Shown piece after piece: positions 42,508 through 51,812 of a stretch of 64,000 nt of DNA; within the stretch, counting starts at the first letter, position 1; the number at the start of each line of letters is the position of its first letter. Origin of the DNA: Elusimicrobiota bacterium (GTDB lineage Bacteria > Elusimicrobiota > Elusimicrobia > UBA1565 > UBA9628). A program made the position numbers and the translations under genes. The stretch covers positions 3,425 to 67,424 of the forward strand of contig JBIOJO010000014.1 of the NCBI GenBank assembly GCA_044450965.1, in the 5' to 3' direction. A model generated the notes under the pieces. It saw nothing but the letters and a program-made list of their open reading frames with translations. It was not told the origin of the DNA and searched no databases.

Positions 42508-43434
42508 ATGAGGCGGATCCTTTTGGGCTTGATGTTGGGCGCGGCGCTCCCCCTGCGCGCCCAGACCGGCCCGGCCCCCGCGGACGACTCCTCCGGCGCC
42601 GCGCCGGCCCTGGTCAATCCCGAGGCGGTGCGCAAGCAGAACGACGAGCTTCGCGACGCCGTCGCCAGCCCGTCGAGCAGCGATTACGGCGTCCACGACC
42701 GCGCCGCGGGCTTCTTCGAGAGCCTCCAGCGCGAGACACCGCTGGTCCGCCCCGTCGCTCATTACATGGACCGCGAGCCCCTCGACGGCCACGTCGGCAC
42801 GGTGGACGGGATGATCGCGACCGCGCAGCAGCGCTACGATCACTACCGCATGAAGTCCGCCGACATTCCGAACCCGGAGCTGGACCGCGCGATCGCCTAC
42901 GCCAAGGATCTGCGCGACCAGAAGCGCGCCGATTTCGACCGCACGGGCGCGATGGCGGAAAATCAGATGGGCGTGTTCCGCTACGCGAAGGACAAGCTCG
43001 AGGGCGGCATGGTGCAGATCAACGCCCGCATGGCCCTGCTGGCCACGCGCATCGGCGAGGCGTTCGCCTACGCGACCTTGGTCCACGAGGCCGCGCACGC
43101 GAGGGCCCGCGCCGAAGGCCGCCTGACCCCGGAGAAGGTCATCGACGGGGAGGTGGAGGCCTACCGCGTGCAGTACCGCTGGCTCAAGCTGGTGGATCCG
43201 TCCGGGGAGCGCCTGATCGTCCTGCACGACGGCTGGTCCAACTACATGAAAAAGCATCCCGAGGACCGCGTGACCGCGCTGGCCATCACCTACGTCGAAC
43301 ACCTGGTGGATCTCTACAATACCGATGGCGACGAGCGGAAGCTCCGCGAGTACGTGAAGAAGCTGGGCTACGAGGAAGGCGATAACGGTCGCGAAGGCGG
43401 CGTCAATCCCGCCGCTTCTCCCATCCGTGCTTAG
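42508..43434 (+). CDS. Exported zincin-like metalloprotein (HExxH plus downstream Glu)
   Basis: Signal peptide. TLVHEAAH...GEVEAY. Confidence 0.7.
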   Translation: MRRILLGLMLGAALPLRAQTGPAPADDSSGAAPALVNPEAVRKQNDELRDAVASPSSSDYGVHDRAAGFFESLQRETPLVRPVAHYMDREPLDGHVGTVDGMIATAQQRYDHYRMKSADIPNPELDRAIAYAKDLRDQKRADFDRTGAMAENQMGVFRYAKDKLEGGMVQINARMALLATRIGEAFAYATLVHEAAHARARAEGRLTPEKVIDGEVEAYRVQYRWLKLVDPSGERLIVLHDGWSNYMKKHPEDRVTALAITYVEHLVDLYNTDGDERKLREYVKKLGYEEGDNGREGGVNPAASPIRA

Positions 43435-44347
43435 ACTCGTCCGCCGGGCCGGAGCCGTTCTGCTCCTTCTCGCTCCTCTCGCTTCCGCGTCGGACCTGGA
43501 GGATTCCTTCGCGCAGCTCCAGGATCGCCTCCGCGCCCGAACGCCGGCCTCGCCCGAGGCTTCTCCCGCGTCCGCGCGTCCCGACGGCGATCTCCCCGAC
43601 GCCTATCGCGCCGCGCGCGCGCCGCTGAAGGACGCCCGGACCGGCGACTCGGACTGCCGGGCGACGTCCCTCGCGGCAGACGGCGGATTCGATTACTGCG
43701 TGAACGAGGCGGACTACCACGAGTTCACCCTCAGAAACAGCTCCTCTCCGAGAATCAACCCCACGGGCCGCGGCGTCCACCGCGACTACAGCTTCTCCGC
43801 GCCGGAAAACGCCCGCCAGGAACTGGGGCTGTTCGTCTATGAGTGGGCCAGCCTCGATCCGGGCGCCGACGACAGCGCCTCCAGCATGCTGTCGGAGATC
43901 CTTTTCTTCCCGCGCCGCGTGACGCCGTCCGTGCGCCTGACGCCGGACGGCGCGTCCTACGAGGCGACCTTGCCCACCGGCGAGACGGTCCTGTTCGAAG
44001 CGAGGACGAAGGAGATCCTCGGCGGAGTCCTGACGGAGACCGCGCCCATCGACACCAATCAGGACCGGCACGCGCGCGCTTTCGCGGCCCTGCGCTACAG
44101 CGGCGGCGGGATCATGCTCCGCTCCGACCAGCGCGGCGACTCTCCGCGTTCGTCGGTGGTCTGGGGCCAGAAGAAATACGCGACGGTCGTCTGGGGCGCC
44201 AAGACCTGCCGCGTCTCGACCGCCGACGTCTGGAAGCAGGACGCCTCCGGCGCCGGAAGCGCCAATCTGTATCCGACCGACGAGGGGTTCTACTCCATGC
44301 TTGGGCGCAAATGCGGCTGGACCGTGACGGCCGCGTCGTTCCCTTAG
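43427..44347 (+). CDS. Exported hypothetical protein
   Basis: Signal peptide (AVLLLLAPLASA). Overlaps the upstream stop. Strong codon bias. Confidence 0.75.
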   Translation: MLRLVRRAGAVLLLLAPLASASDLEDSFAQLQDRLRARTPASPEASPASARPDGDLPDAYRAARAPLKDARTGDSDCRATSLAADGGFDYCVNEADYHEFTLRNSSSPRINPTGRGVHRDYSFSAPENARQELGLFVYEWASLDPGADDSASSMLSEILFFPRRVTPSVRLTPDGASYEATLPTGETVLFEARTKEILGGVLTETAPIDTNQDRHARAFAALRYSGGGIMLRSDQRGDSPRSSVVWGQKKYATVVWGAKTCRVSTADVWKQDASGAGSANLYPTDEGFYSMLGRKCGWTVTAASFP

Positions 44348-44357
44348 CCGACCGGCG

Positions 44358-44942
44358 CTATCGGCGCTTCTTCTTGCCGGACGACCCGGCGCCCGCGCCG
44401 CCCAGCATGAGCGCGGCCCACGGCCAGCCGATCGCTACGCCGAGAAGGAACCCCGCCAGCACGTCGCCCGGATAATGCACGCCGACGTAAACGCGGCTGT
44501 AGCCGATCAGCAAGGCGAGGCCCCAGAACGCGAACGCGCCGCCCGGATAGGCGACGGTCAGGACCGACGCGGCCGCCCCCATATTGACGGCATGATTGGA
44601 GGGGAAGCCGTTGCCGGAGCCGGGAGCGCGCCGCTCCACCGGCACCCAGGGCTGGGACGGACGCGGCCGGGCGACCAGGGGCTTGATGACGCGGTAGGCG
44701 AGAAGATCGCCCGCGCCCATGGCCAGAGCGGCGACGACCAGGACCTTCAGCGCGTGCTTGCGCCCCTTCCACAGCCACAGGGCCAGCGCGGCCGGCGCCA
44801 CTCCGTAGGCGAACCACGGGATCTTGTGGATGTCCGTGATGACCGGCATGACCGCGTCCAAGGACGGGGCGGTCCAATCACGGTTGATCTTCAGCAGGAG
44901 CCAGCGGTCCGCCGAGCCGAGCAGCGCCAGAGGAGAGATCAC
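44358..44942 (-). CDS. PAP2-family phosphatase (undecaprenyl-PP phosphatase-like)
   Basis: KPLVARPRP, FPSNHA, SRVYVGVHYPGD. GTG overlaps fur stop. Confidence 0.93.
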   Translation of the reverse strand: MISPLALLGSADRWLLLKINRDWTAPSLDAVMPVITDIHKIPWFAYGVAPAALALWLWKGRKHALKVLVVAALAMGAGDLLAYRVIKPLVARPRPSQPWVPVERRAPGSGNGFPSNHAVNMGAAASVLTVAYPGGAFAFWGLALLIGYSRVYVGVHYPGDVLAGFLLGVAIGWPWAALMLGGAGAGSSGKKKRR

Positions 44943-45307
44943 CGGCACCCCGCGCAGCGGCCGTGAAGCAGAAGCTCGTGGCTGGACATCTTGAACCCGC
45001 GCGGAAGCAGCCCCTTCAAGCCGCCCAGACAGCCGCCCAGCTCGAACACCTTGCCGCAGCCGTCGCACAGAAAATGATGGTGGTGGCCCTTGCCGGAGGC
45101 CTCGTAGCGGGGCGGCTCGCCGGGGAGGTCCACGGTCGCGACCGTTCCCTCGGACGCCAGGGACTTGATGGTCCGGTAGACCGTGGCGATGCCCAGGCGC
45201 GGGGCGAAGCGCTTGGAGTTCTCCAGGACTTCCAGCGCGCCGAGCGGCCGGCCGGCTTCCTCGAGGACCCGGCGGATCGCGCGGCGCTGGGCGGTGTCGC
45301 GCTGCAT
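44939..45307 (-). CDS. fur: Fur-family transcriptional regulator (Fur/Zur)
   Basis: TAQRRAI, LGIATVYR, HHHHFLCDGCG, C-terminal CAGC. Extended -10 TGTTATGAT ends 6 nt before the ATG. Confidence 0.92.
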   Translation of the reverse strand: MQRDTAQRRAIRRVLEEAGRPLGALEVLENSKRFAPRLGIATVYRTIKSLASEGTVATVDLPGEPPRYEASGKGHHHHFLCDGCGKVFELGGCLGGLKGLLPRGFKMSSHELLLHGRCAGCR

Positions 45308-45341
45308 GACGCCATCATAACAAATCGCCCCCCGTAGAATA

Positions 45342-45357
45342 TGATAATGTGTTCTCA
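45342..45357. promoter_or_regulatory. Fur-like operator TGATAAT-GT-GTTCTCA between divergent fur and ZIP genes
   Basis: Imperfect 7-2-7 palindrome with Fur half-site TGATAAT, immediately downstream of -10 TAGAAT (45335-45340). Confidence 0.6.
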
Positions 45358-45382
45358 ATATCATGTTCGCGCGCACCGCGCC

Positions 45383-46114
45383 GTGCTGACGGTCTTCCTC
45401 GTCCTCGCCTTCGCGGCCTCCATGGCGGGGGGCTTGGCGCCGACGGCCGAAGGCCTCCTGGAGCGCCTGGGGCTGGAGCGGATCATGTCCTTCCGCTCGG
45501 GCCTGCTCATCGCGGTCGCCTTGGCCGACGTCCTCCCGGAGGCCTGGCGCGCGGCCCCCGCCCCCGGCGCCGCCGCCGCGGCCGGGGCGCTGGCCCTGGG
45601 CTGGTTCCTGCACCACGACCACGGCGAGGAGCACGAGGGGCACGAATTGACGCATCCGCACGTCCACGGCAACTCCGCCGCCCATCTCCCGGCGACGATC
45701 GCGGCGCTGTTCGCCCATTCGGTCATCGACGGATTGAATCTCGGCGCGGTCGCCGTCGTCGGCGGCCCGGCGGTCCTCGCCGTCGGCGCGGCGACCAGCC
45801 TGCATAAGCTCGCCGACGGCTTCACGCTCACCAGCCTGTTCCATCAGACCGGCCATCCGCGCGGCCGCGTCCTCCTTCTCCTCGTGGCCGTATCGCTGGC
45901 GACCCCGCTGGGCGCGGTGCTGGGCCGCGAAGGCTCCCTCGCCCTGGGTCCTCTCCTGACGTCCGTCCTGCTGGGCTTCGCCGGAGGCTCATTCCTTTTC
46001 GTGGGCGCGGCGCAGATCGTGCCGCATCTCCGGCGCGGGCCCGACCGCAAATGCGCCGCGGCCTTCGCCGCCGGCGCGGCCGCCATGCTGATCCTGCGCC
46101 GCTTCGCGGCCTGA
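45383..46114 (+). CDS. ZIP-family divalent metal transporter (alternative start ATG 45347)
   Basis: SGLLIAVALADVLPEA, His-rich loop, HSVIDG, HKLADG, ATPLGA, FAGGSFLFV. Confidence 0.88.
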   Translation: MLTVFLVLAFAASMAGGLAPTAEGLLERLGLERIMSFRSGLLIAVALADVLPEAWRAAPAPGAAAAAGALALGWFLHHDHGEEHEGHELTHPHVHGNSAAHLPATIAALFAHSVIDGLNLGAVAVVGGPAVLAVGAATSLHKLADGFTLTSLFHQTGHPRGRVLLLLVAVSLATPLGAVLGREGSLALGPLLTSVLLGFAGGSFLFVGAAQIVPHLRRGPDRKCAAAFAAGAAAMLILRRFAA

Positions 46115-46117
46115 CCG

Positions 46118-46708
46118 ATGCTGCCCGCCCTGGCTCTCATCGCGGCCGCCTTCGTCGCCGGCGCCGAACCGGCGGTCAGCACCGCCGCCGCCCGGGGACG
46201 TCCCACGATGTTGGAGAATCCCTGGTCCCTGAATTACGGCTACGACCGCCGCGGAAAGCGCTTCGGTCTGGACTACCGCATCCGCTGGGACGCGAACGAC
46301 CTCGCCGACTCGCCGCGCCGGGTGAGCGAGAACCTGTCCAGCCCGTCGGACACGGCCCAATCCATCGCCTACGGACTTCTCAAGGGGGCGCGCTTCGATC
46401 TCTACGGCGTGAGCGTACGGCCTTTCCGCGAACTGGGTGGCGAGACGCCTTATGATATTCCCCGCTCGACCGCGGCCGCGGCCGGAGCCCCTCCCCCGCC
46501 CGCGCGCCGGCTGCGTCTGGCCCTCGATCCCCTCGAGGATCTGAGGCGAAACGGCCCGCGCGAGATTCAGCGGGCCCTGCTGCGCGAGGGTTTCAATCTG
46601 GCCCTGCCCGGGAACCGGAACGTCCCCGGCTGGCAGAAGGAGGCGTTCGGCCGGAGCGTGCTGGACGCCGGTCGCGCGTGGAGCGACGACGCGGCCGTTT
46701 CGCCCTAG
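46118..46708 (+). CDS. Exported hypothetical protein
   Basis: Signal peptide. Starts 3 nt after the ZIP stop. Confidence 0.65.
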   Translation: MLPALALIAAAFVAGAEPAVSTAAARGRPTMLENPWSLNYGYDRRGKRFGLDYRIRWDANDLADSPRRVSENLSSPSDTAQSIAYGLLKGARFDLYGVSVRPFRELGGETPYDIPRSTAAAAGAPPPPARRLRLALDPLEDLRRNGPREIQRALLREGFNLALPGNRNVPGWQKEAFGRSVLDAGRAWSDDAAVSP

Positions 46709-46733
46709 CGGCGACCAAGGGCTCCGCCGCCCA

Positions 46734-46762
46734 TTGACAGGGGCGGCCTCCGGGGGCATACT
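46734..46762 (+). promoter_or_regulatory. Sigma70 promoter of putative toxin operon
   Basis: TTGACA (46734-46739), 17 nt, CATACT (46757-46762). Confidence 0.6.
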
Positions 46763-46778
46763 CAAATTAGGTGTCGTG

Positions 46779-48050
46779 ATGCGGCTCCCCCTCTCGGCCG
46801 TGATGGTTCACATCTTTCTCGCCGCTCACTGCGCGGCGCAGCCGTCCGCGCCCGATTTCAATTCGGCTCTCCGCGCGGCTCGTGAGCGCTCCAAACAGGT
46901 CTTCCTGACGCAAGAGCCGGGCGCCCCGCTGCTCGACGCCGCCGTGGCCCTTCCTCCGGCTCCGCAGGATCCCGCATTCGCCGCCCAGCGGGAGAAGCTC
47001 GCGAAGGCGTTGGCCGACGGCCGCGAAATTCAGGAAGGCTGCGCCCGCCCCTGCTCCTCGGATATCGACGTCGCCGTTTATCTGGAGAAAATACGCCAGG
47101 CCTCCGCCTCGCTGGGGATGGGAGAAGGCGATGTCCAACGCGCGATCGAGCACTACGCGCCGCGACGCACGCCCCGCCTCCGCGCCGGGACCGCGGCGGC
47201 CGCGCCGACCGCCCTGGATGCCCGCACGATTCAAGCGCTGATGAGCCGGGAGGTGTCGCCGCGAACGCGCAAGGCGTTCGAAGAGCGCGCGACGCGGATG
47301 GCCGCCGTCCTCAACGAGACCAAGGGCCCCGAAACCTCGGGAGGAGCCGCGATCGCGCTGGGATCCGGACGCCTGAGCCCGGAGGGGCGCGAGCGCCTTC
47401 TGGCGGAATATCGCGCCGCCCCCGCGGGAGATTCCCAGCGGCTGCGAACGCTCAAAACGAAGGCGCCGCCCCCCTCGGCGCCCGCGGTCGAGGGTCTGAC
47501 GCGAATGGAGAGATTCGCGCTTTGGGTGGACGCCAAAGTCGGTTCGGACAACATTCAAAAAGCCTCCGATTTCTCTTCGGGGTTCGGGGACAGCATGTCC
47601 TTCGGCGCGACGCGGTGGGTCCGCAAGAAGATGGGCACCAACAGCTACGTCAACGACGGCTCGGACCTCTACACCGGGGGCACGCTGTCCGCGGTCGTCG
47701 TGTCCCTGGTCATCGGCGGCGGAGGGATCTTCAAACCGTTCAACGCGGGCGCCCAACAGGTGGCGCGTTGGGCGCCGACCGCGGCGGCCGACGGCACGGC
47801 GGTGCTGAAGGAAGGGCAATTCGTGATGGCCGGCGTCGAGCGCGGCGCCGGAGGATTCTGGAATTGGCTCAAAGCCGGAGGTCCCGAATTGACCGCCAAA
47901 TACGGCGGGCGTTATATGACCTCCGCCACGACCAGCGTCCCGGGCAAGTTGCTACGCTACCCGATCGCAGAGGAGGGCCGCGTGTTCGGATTCGTGAAGG
48001 GATTGATGGGTCAGCGCATCTATATCGGACCCACGGTGGGCCTGCTGTGA
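46779..48050 (+). CDS. Exported protein with Rhs-type pre-toxin linker and putative C-terminal toxin domain
   Basis: Signal peptide and helical N-domain. DFSSGFGDSMSFGATRWVR...DLYTGG linker. C-terminal VARW...GQFVM...NW...VP...L.YP...KGLMGQRIY. Confidence 0.65.
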   Translation: MRLPLSAVMVHIFLAAHCAAQPSAPDFNSALRAARERSKQVFLTQEPGAPLLDAAVALPPAPQDPAFAAQREKLAKALADGREIQEGCARPCSSDIDVAVYLEKIRQASASLGMGEGDVQRAIEHYAPRRTPRLRAGTAAAAPTALDARTIQALMSREVSPRTRKAFEERATRMAAVLNETKGPETSGGAAIALGSGRLSPEGRERLLAEYRAAPAGDSQRLRTLKTKAPPPSAPAVEGLTRMERFALWVDAKVGSDNIQKASDFSSGFGDSMSFGATRWVRKKMGTNSYVNDGSDLYTGGTLSAVVVSLVIGGGGIFKPFNAGAQQVARWAPTAAADGTAVLKEGQFVMAGVERGAGGFWNWLKAGGPELTAKYGGRYMTSATTSVPGKLLRYPIAEEGRVFGFVKGLMGQRIYIGPTVGLL

Positions 48051-48328
48051 ACGCGGCGCGAACGATCATCGGCGGCGCGGCGCTTGCCGGCGCGATCCTG
48101 GGGATCGCCCTTGATCTCGTGTCCCTGGTCTTCTGGCTGCGCCGAAACAAATCCGGCGGCGGGAGGTCGGGCGTGTCCGGCGCGTCCTGGATTTTGTACG
48201 TCGCGTACGCGATGTTCCGTCAAAGCCTCCCCCTCCTGGCCGGGCTGACTTTCTTCCACGTGGCCTGCCACTGGCTGATTCCGGAGCTGCACCGGCGCCT
48301 CGTCGGCGGCGCTCACGAGCCCCGGTGA
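48047..48328 (+). CDS. Small membrane protein, candidate immunity protein
   Basis: GTG overlaps the upstream stop and its own stop overlaps the next start. 93 aa with 3 hydrophobic segments. Confidence 0.65.
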   Translation: MNAARTIIGGAALAGAILGIALDLVSLVFWLRRNKSGGGRSGVSGASWILYVAYAMFRQSLPLLAGLTFFHVACHWLIPELHRRLVGGAHEPR

Positions 48329-49245
48329 GTTCGCAGACGGCTTCGTTCGAAGACCGCGCCGCCGGAGCCATGCTCGGGCTGGCGCTGGGCGACGCGCTGG
48401 GCGCGCCCCATGAAGGCGGGCCGCTTGAGCGCGCGTTCTGGCTCCTCCTCGGATTGCCTCACGGCCGCCTGCTTCGCTGGACGGACGACACCCAAATGGC
48501 CGCCGCCGCCGCGGAGTCTTTGATCCGCCGAGGCGGGCTGGATCCGGACGATCTGGCGCGCCGCTGGGCGGCGGACGCGCGTTTTCTGCGCGGCTACGGA
48601 GCGGGAACCTGGAAGTGGGTCCGGCGCGTGCGCGCGGGCCAGGACCGGCGAACGGCCGCGCTCTCGGCCTTTCCGAACGGCTCCTTCGGAAACGGCGGCG
48701 CCATGAGAGCCGCGCCTATCGGCGTTTTTTTTCGCGATCGTCCCGCCGAACTCGAGGCGGCGGCGGCCGCGGCGGCGGCCGTCACGCACGCCCACCCGCT
48801 CGGCGTCGAAGGCGGCGTCTTGATCGCGCTGGCGGCGGCCGCCGCCATGGAAACATCCTTCACGCCCGCGGCCTTTTTGCGGGGACTTCTCGCCCGCGGC
48901 CGCCGCGAAGAATTTCGCTCGCGCCTGGACTGGGCGGCGAGCGCTCTCGACTCGTCGCCCTCGCCGGAGCAGGCGCGCCGCCGCCTGGGCAACGGCGTCG
49001 CCGCGCACGAGTCCGTCGTCACCGCCGTCTATTCTTTCGCCCGGCACCACGACGACTTCTCCGCCATGATGGAGTTCATCCTCGCCGTGGGCGGCGATAC
49101 CGACACCATCGGCGCCATGGCCGGAGGCCTCTTCGGGGCGCGCAACGGCGTCGAAGGCCTGCCCGGGACGCTGCTCGCGCGCCTGGAACAACGGGAACGG
49201 CTCGAATCCCTTGGGAGGGAACTCGAGCGCCGCGCGAGGGCCTAA
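48325..49245 (+). CDS. ADP-ribosylglycohydrolase (DraG/ARH family)
   Basis: GLALGDALG, WTDDTQM, RGYG, GNGGAMR, THAHP, GGDTDTIGAMAG. Confidence 0.95.
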   Translation: MSSQTASFEDRAAGAMLGLALGDALGAPHEGGPLERAFWLLLGLPHGRLLRWTDDTQMAAAAAESLIRRGGLDPDDLARRWAADARFLRGYGAGTWKWVRRVRAGQDRRTAALSAFPNGSFGNGGAMRAAPIGVFFRDRPAELEAAAAAAAAVTHAHPLGVEGGVLIALAAAAAMETSFTPAAFLRGLLARGRREEFRSRLDWAASALDSSPSPEQARRRLGNGVAAHESVVTAVYSFARHHDDFSAMMEFILAVGGDTDTIGAMAGGLFGARNGVEGLPGTLLARLEQRERLESLGRELERRARA

Positions 49246-49248
49246 CCC

Positions 49249-50121
49249 TCAGCGGCCCTTGTTCGGAACGGCCAGCCGGGCGAGCGCGGAGAGCGCGAAT
49301 AGAACGCAAAGAGCCGCGACGATCAGCGGCCCCAGCGGCAGGTCGAAGCGATAGGAGAAGTAGAAGCCGGCGAAGGAGCTCAGGCCGCCCGCCAACGACG
49401 ACATCACCGACAAGGACTTCATGCCGCGAGCCCAGGACAGCGCGATCATCGGCGGCACCACCAGCAGGCCGAAGATCACCAGCGGGCCCACGGTCATCAC
49501 GCCCAAGGAGATCGTCACGCCGATCAGGAGATACAGCAGCCCGTCCCAGAACATCACGCTGCGGCCCAAGGTCACCGCCATGTCCCGGTCGTAGGACACC
49601 AGCAGGAACTCGCGCTGGAACAGGAACATCGCCGCGCAGACGGCCAGCAGGATGTTCAGCATCGCGTGGAAGTCGGTCTCGGAGATGGTGACGATCTCCC
49701 CCTTGAGCAGGCTCAGCATCTCGGTCTCGCCCTGCGCGTTCCAGGCCACGAACAGAATGGCCGCGGCGGAGGCCAAGGCGTACAAGGTTCCGACGCGCCC
49801 CTCGGACAGACCTTGGGAACGCTGATCCAGGTAGGTCAGCACCAAAATGGCTCCGACGGTGAAGATCACCGAGCCCAGGATGGCCAGGTGCTTCTCCCCC
49901 GCCTCGCCTCCCGCGAACAGGGCGAAGCCGAAGCCCTGGAGCATGAACGCGAAGGCGATGCCCGCCGCCGACACCTGCGGCAGGGCGACGCCCCAGAAGA
50001 TCAGCCGGCGCAGGACGAAATAGACGCCGACCAGCGGGCAGACGAAGCCGACCACGACGCTGCCGTACAGCGCGTGGTGGAGTAGGAAGTCCGGTCGAAG
50101 CATCGCGAGAAGCTGGCTCAC
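49249..50121 (-). CDS. znuB: Metal ABC transporter permease (ZnuB/MntB family)
   Basis: PLVGVYFVLRR...GVALPQVSAAG, FLLVSYDRDMA, VGPLVIFGLLVVP, DLPLGP. Confidence 0.88.
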   Translation of the reverse strand: MSQLLAMLRPDFLLHHALYGSVVVGFVCPLVGVYFVLRRLIFWGVALPQVSAAGIAFAFMLQGFGFALFAGGEAGEKHLAILGSVIFTVGAILVLTYLDQRSQGLSEGRVGTLYALASAAAILFVAWNAQGETEMLSLLKGEIVTISETDFHAMLNILLAVCAAMFLFQREFLLVSYDRDMAVTLGRSVMFWDGLLYLLIGVTISLGVMTVGPLVIFGLLVVPPMIALSWARGMKSLSVMSSLAGGLSSFAGFYFSYRFDLPLGPLIVAALCVLFALSALARLAVPNKGR

Positions 50122-50837
50122 TGGTCGTCTCCGAAGATCTCGGTGATGTGCCGCGCGGCCAGCATCTTCTCGGCGGGGCCGAAGTCGGCCTTGCCGTCGG
50201 CCACCCAGGCGATGTGGGTGAACAGGTCGCGCTCGGCCTGCAGGCGGTGGCTGACCATCAGCACGGTCAGACCCTTCTGCTCCTTGAACTCCTTGAAGAG
50301 CTTGAGCAGCGCCTTCTGAGTGGGCACGTCGATGCCGGCCAGCGGCTCGTCGAGCACCAGAAGCTCCGGCTCCGCGGCCAAAGCGCGGGCGATGAGCACG
50401 CGCTGGCGCTGGCCGCCGGACAGGTCGCTGTAGCGCCGGTCCGCCAGGTCCCACGCGCCGCACTCCTTGAGGCACTGCTTCACCAGATCGTCGTGGGCCA
50501 GGCCGCGCAGGCGCCTGAGCAGCTCGAAGCGCCGGTACGTCCCCATCACCGCGATCTCGCGGACGGTCAAGGGATAGATCACGTCCAGCTTTTCCTTCTG
50601 CGGCACGTAGCCGAAGCGCGGCGCGCCGAACGCCGCGCCGTGAAGCTTCAGCTGGCCTTTCATCGGCTTGATCAGGCCCAGCATGGTCTTCAGAATCGTC
50701 GATTTCCCGGCGCCGTTCGGGCCGAGGACGCCCAGAAAGTCGCCGGAATGAACCGTCAGGTCGACGCCGGTGAGAACCGGGCGCCGTCCGTAGCCGAGAG
50801 ACGCGCCCTTGAACTGGACCAGAGGTTCGGAGCTCAA
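50118..50837 (-). CDS. znuC: Metal ABC transporter ATP-binding protein
   Basis: GPNGAGKST, GYVPQ, LSGGQRQRVLIARAL, LDEP. Confidence 0.92.
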   Translation of the reverse strand: MSSEPLVQFKGASLGYGRRPVLTGVDLTVHSGDFLGVLGPNGAGKSTILKTMLGLIKPMKGQLKLHGAAFGAPRFGYVPQKEKLDVIYPLTVREIAVMGTYRRFELLRRLRGLAHDDLVKQCLKECGAWDLADRRYSDLSGGQRQRVLIARALAAEPELLVLDEPLAGIDVPTQKALLKLFKEFKEQKGLTVLMVSHRLQAERDLFTHIAWVADGKADFGPAEKMLAARHITEIFGDDQ

Positions 50838-51778
50838 GGCGCCTTCCCCAAGGCGGAGAGGATCGCCTTCAGGTTATGCTCCGACATCCTGATGAAGGTG
50901 TCGGTGTCCGGGAACGCCTTGCCCATGGTCCCGATCGTCGCGACCTTGGCACCGGTGTTTTCGGCCAGGAATTCCGGGAACTTGGGATCGTACTGCTGCT
51001 CGCGCACGATGAGCGCGACCTTGTCCTGCTTCATGAGGCCGACGAGCTTCTCGAGATGCGTCGGGCCCGGAGCCACGCCGGGCTTGGGCTCCAGCGTGCC
51101 CACGAACTCAAGGCCGGTGAAGCGCGCCAGATACACGACGTCCTGGTGGTAGGAGACCGCCTTCATGCCCTTGAGAGGCGCGACCCACTTGCGCCACTCC
51201 GCCAGCTTCGCGTTGAGCTCGGAGAGATAGGCCTTCAGGTTCTTCTCGTAGTCGGCCGCATGCTCCGGGTCGACGCGCGTGAATCCCGCCGCGATGTTGC
51301 GCGCGATCAGGACTCCGTCGTCGGGGTCCAGGTTGTAGTGCGGGTTGCCGAAGGGATGGATCTCGCCCTCGGAACGGCTCAAGGACTCGGGTTTCTCCAA
51401 GACGACTAGGCCCTCGGAGCAGTCGATGCAGCCGGCGCCGACGCACTCCTTGACCGCGTCGTGGCGCAGGTTCGGATTCGCCGCGACGTTGAGGAGCCCC
51501 GGCAGGAACGAATGCTCGACCGTCAAGCCCAAATAGACCACCGCGTCGGCCTTGTTGAGCTTCGGTACCAGGCTCGGGCGCATGACGACCTGATGGATGT
51601 CCTCGGTGCCGCGGGCCAGCACGTCGACCTTCACGTTCGCGCCGCCGACGCGCGAGGCGATGTCGCCCAACTCCGGGATGGTCGCGACGACCTGCAAAGT
51701 CTTCGCCTGCACCGCGGCCGGACGGGCCGCGGCGCAGAGAACGGCGAACGAAAGCGCGAGAAGGGTTTTTATTTTCAT
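50834..51778 (-). CDS. znuA: Metal ABC transporter substrate-binding protein (ZnuA/TroA family)
   Basis: Signal peptide. EDIH, GEIHPFGNPHYNLDP, YHQD, EPKPGVAPGPTHL. Confidence 0.9.
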   Translation of the reverse strand: MKIKTLLALSFAVLCAAARPAAVQAKTLQVVATIPELGDIASRVGGANVKVDVLARGTEDIHQVVMRPSLVPKLNKADAVVYLGLTVEHSFLPGLLNVAANPNLRHDAVKECVGAGCIDCSEGLVVLEKPESLSRSEGEIHPFGNPHYNLDPDDGVLIARNIAAGFTRVDPEHAADYEKNLKAYLSELNAKLAEWRKWVAPLKGMKAVSYHQDVVYLARFTGLEFVGTLEPKPGVAPGPTHLEKLVGLMKQDKVALIVREQQYDPKFPEFLAENTGAKVATIGTMGKAFPDTDTFIRMSEHNLKAILSALGKAP

Positions 51779-51812
51779 GGAATTCTCCATTTATATTAGG
51801 AAATAGCCGGGG

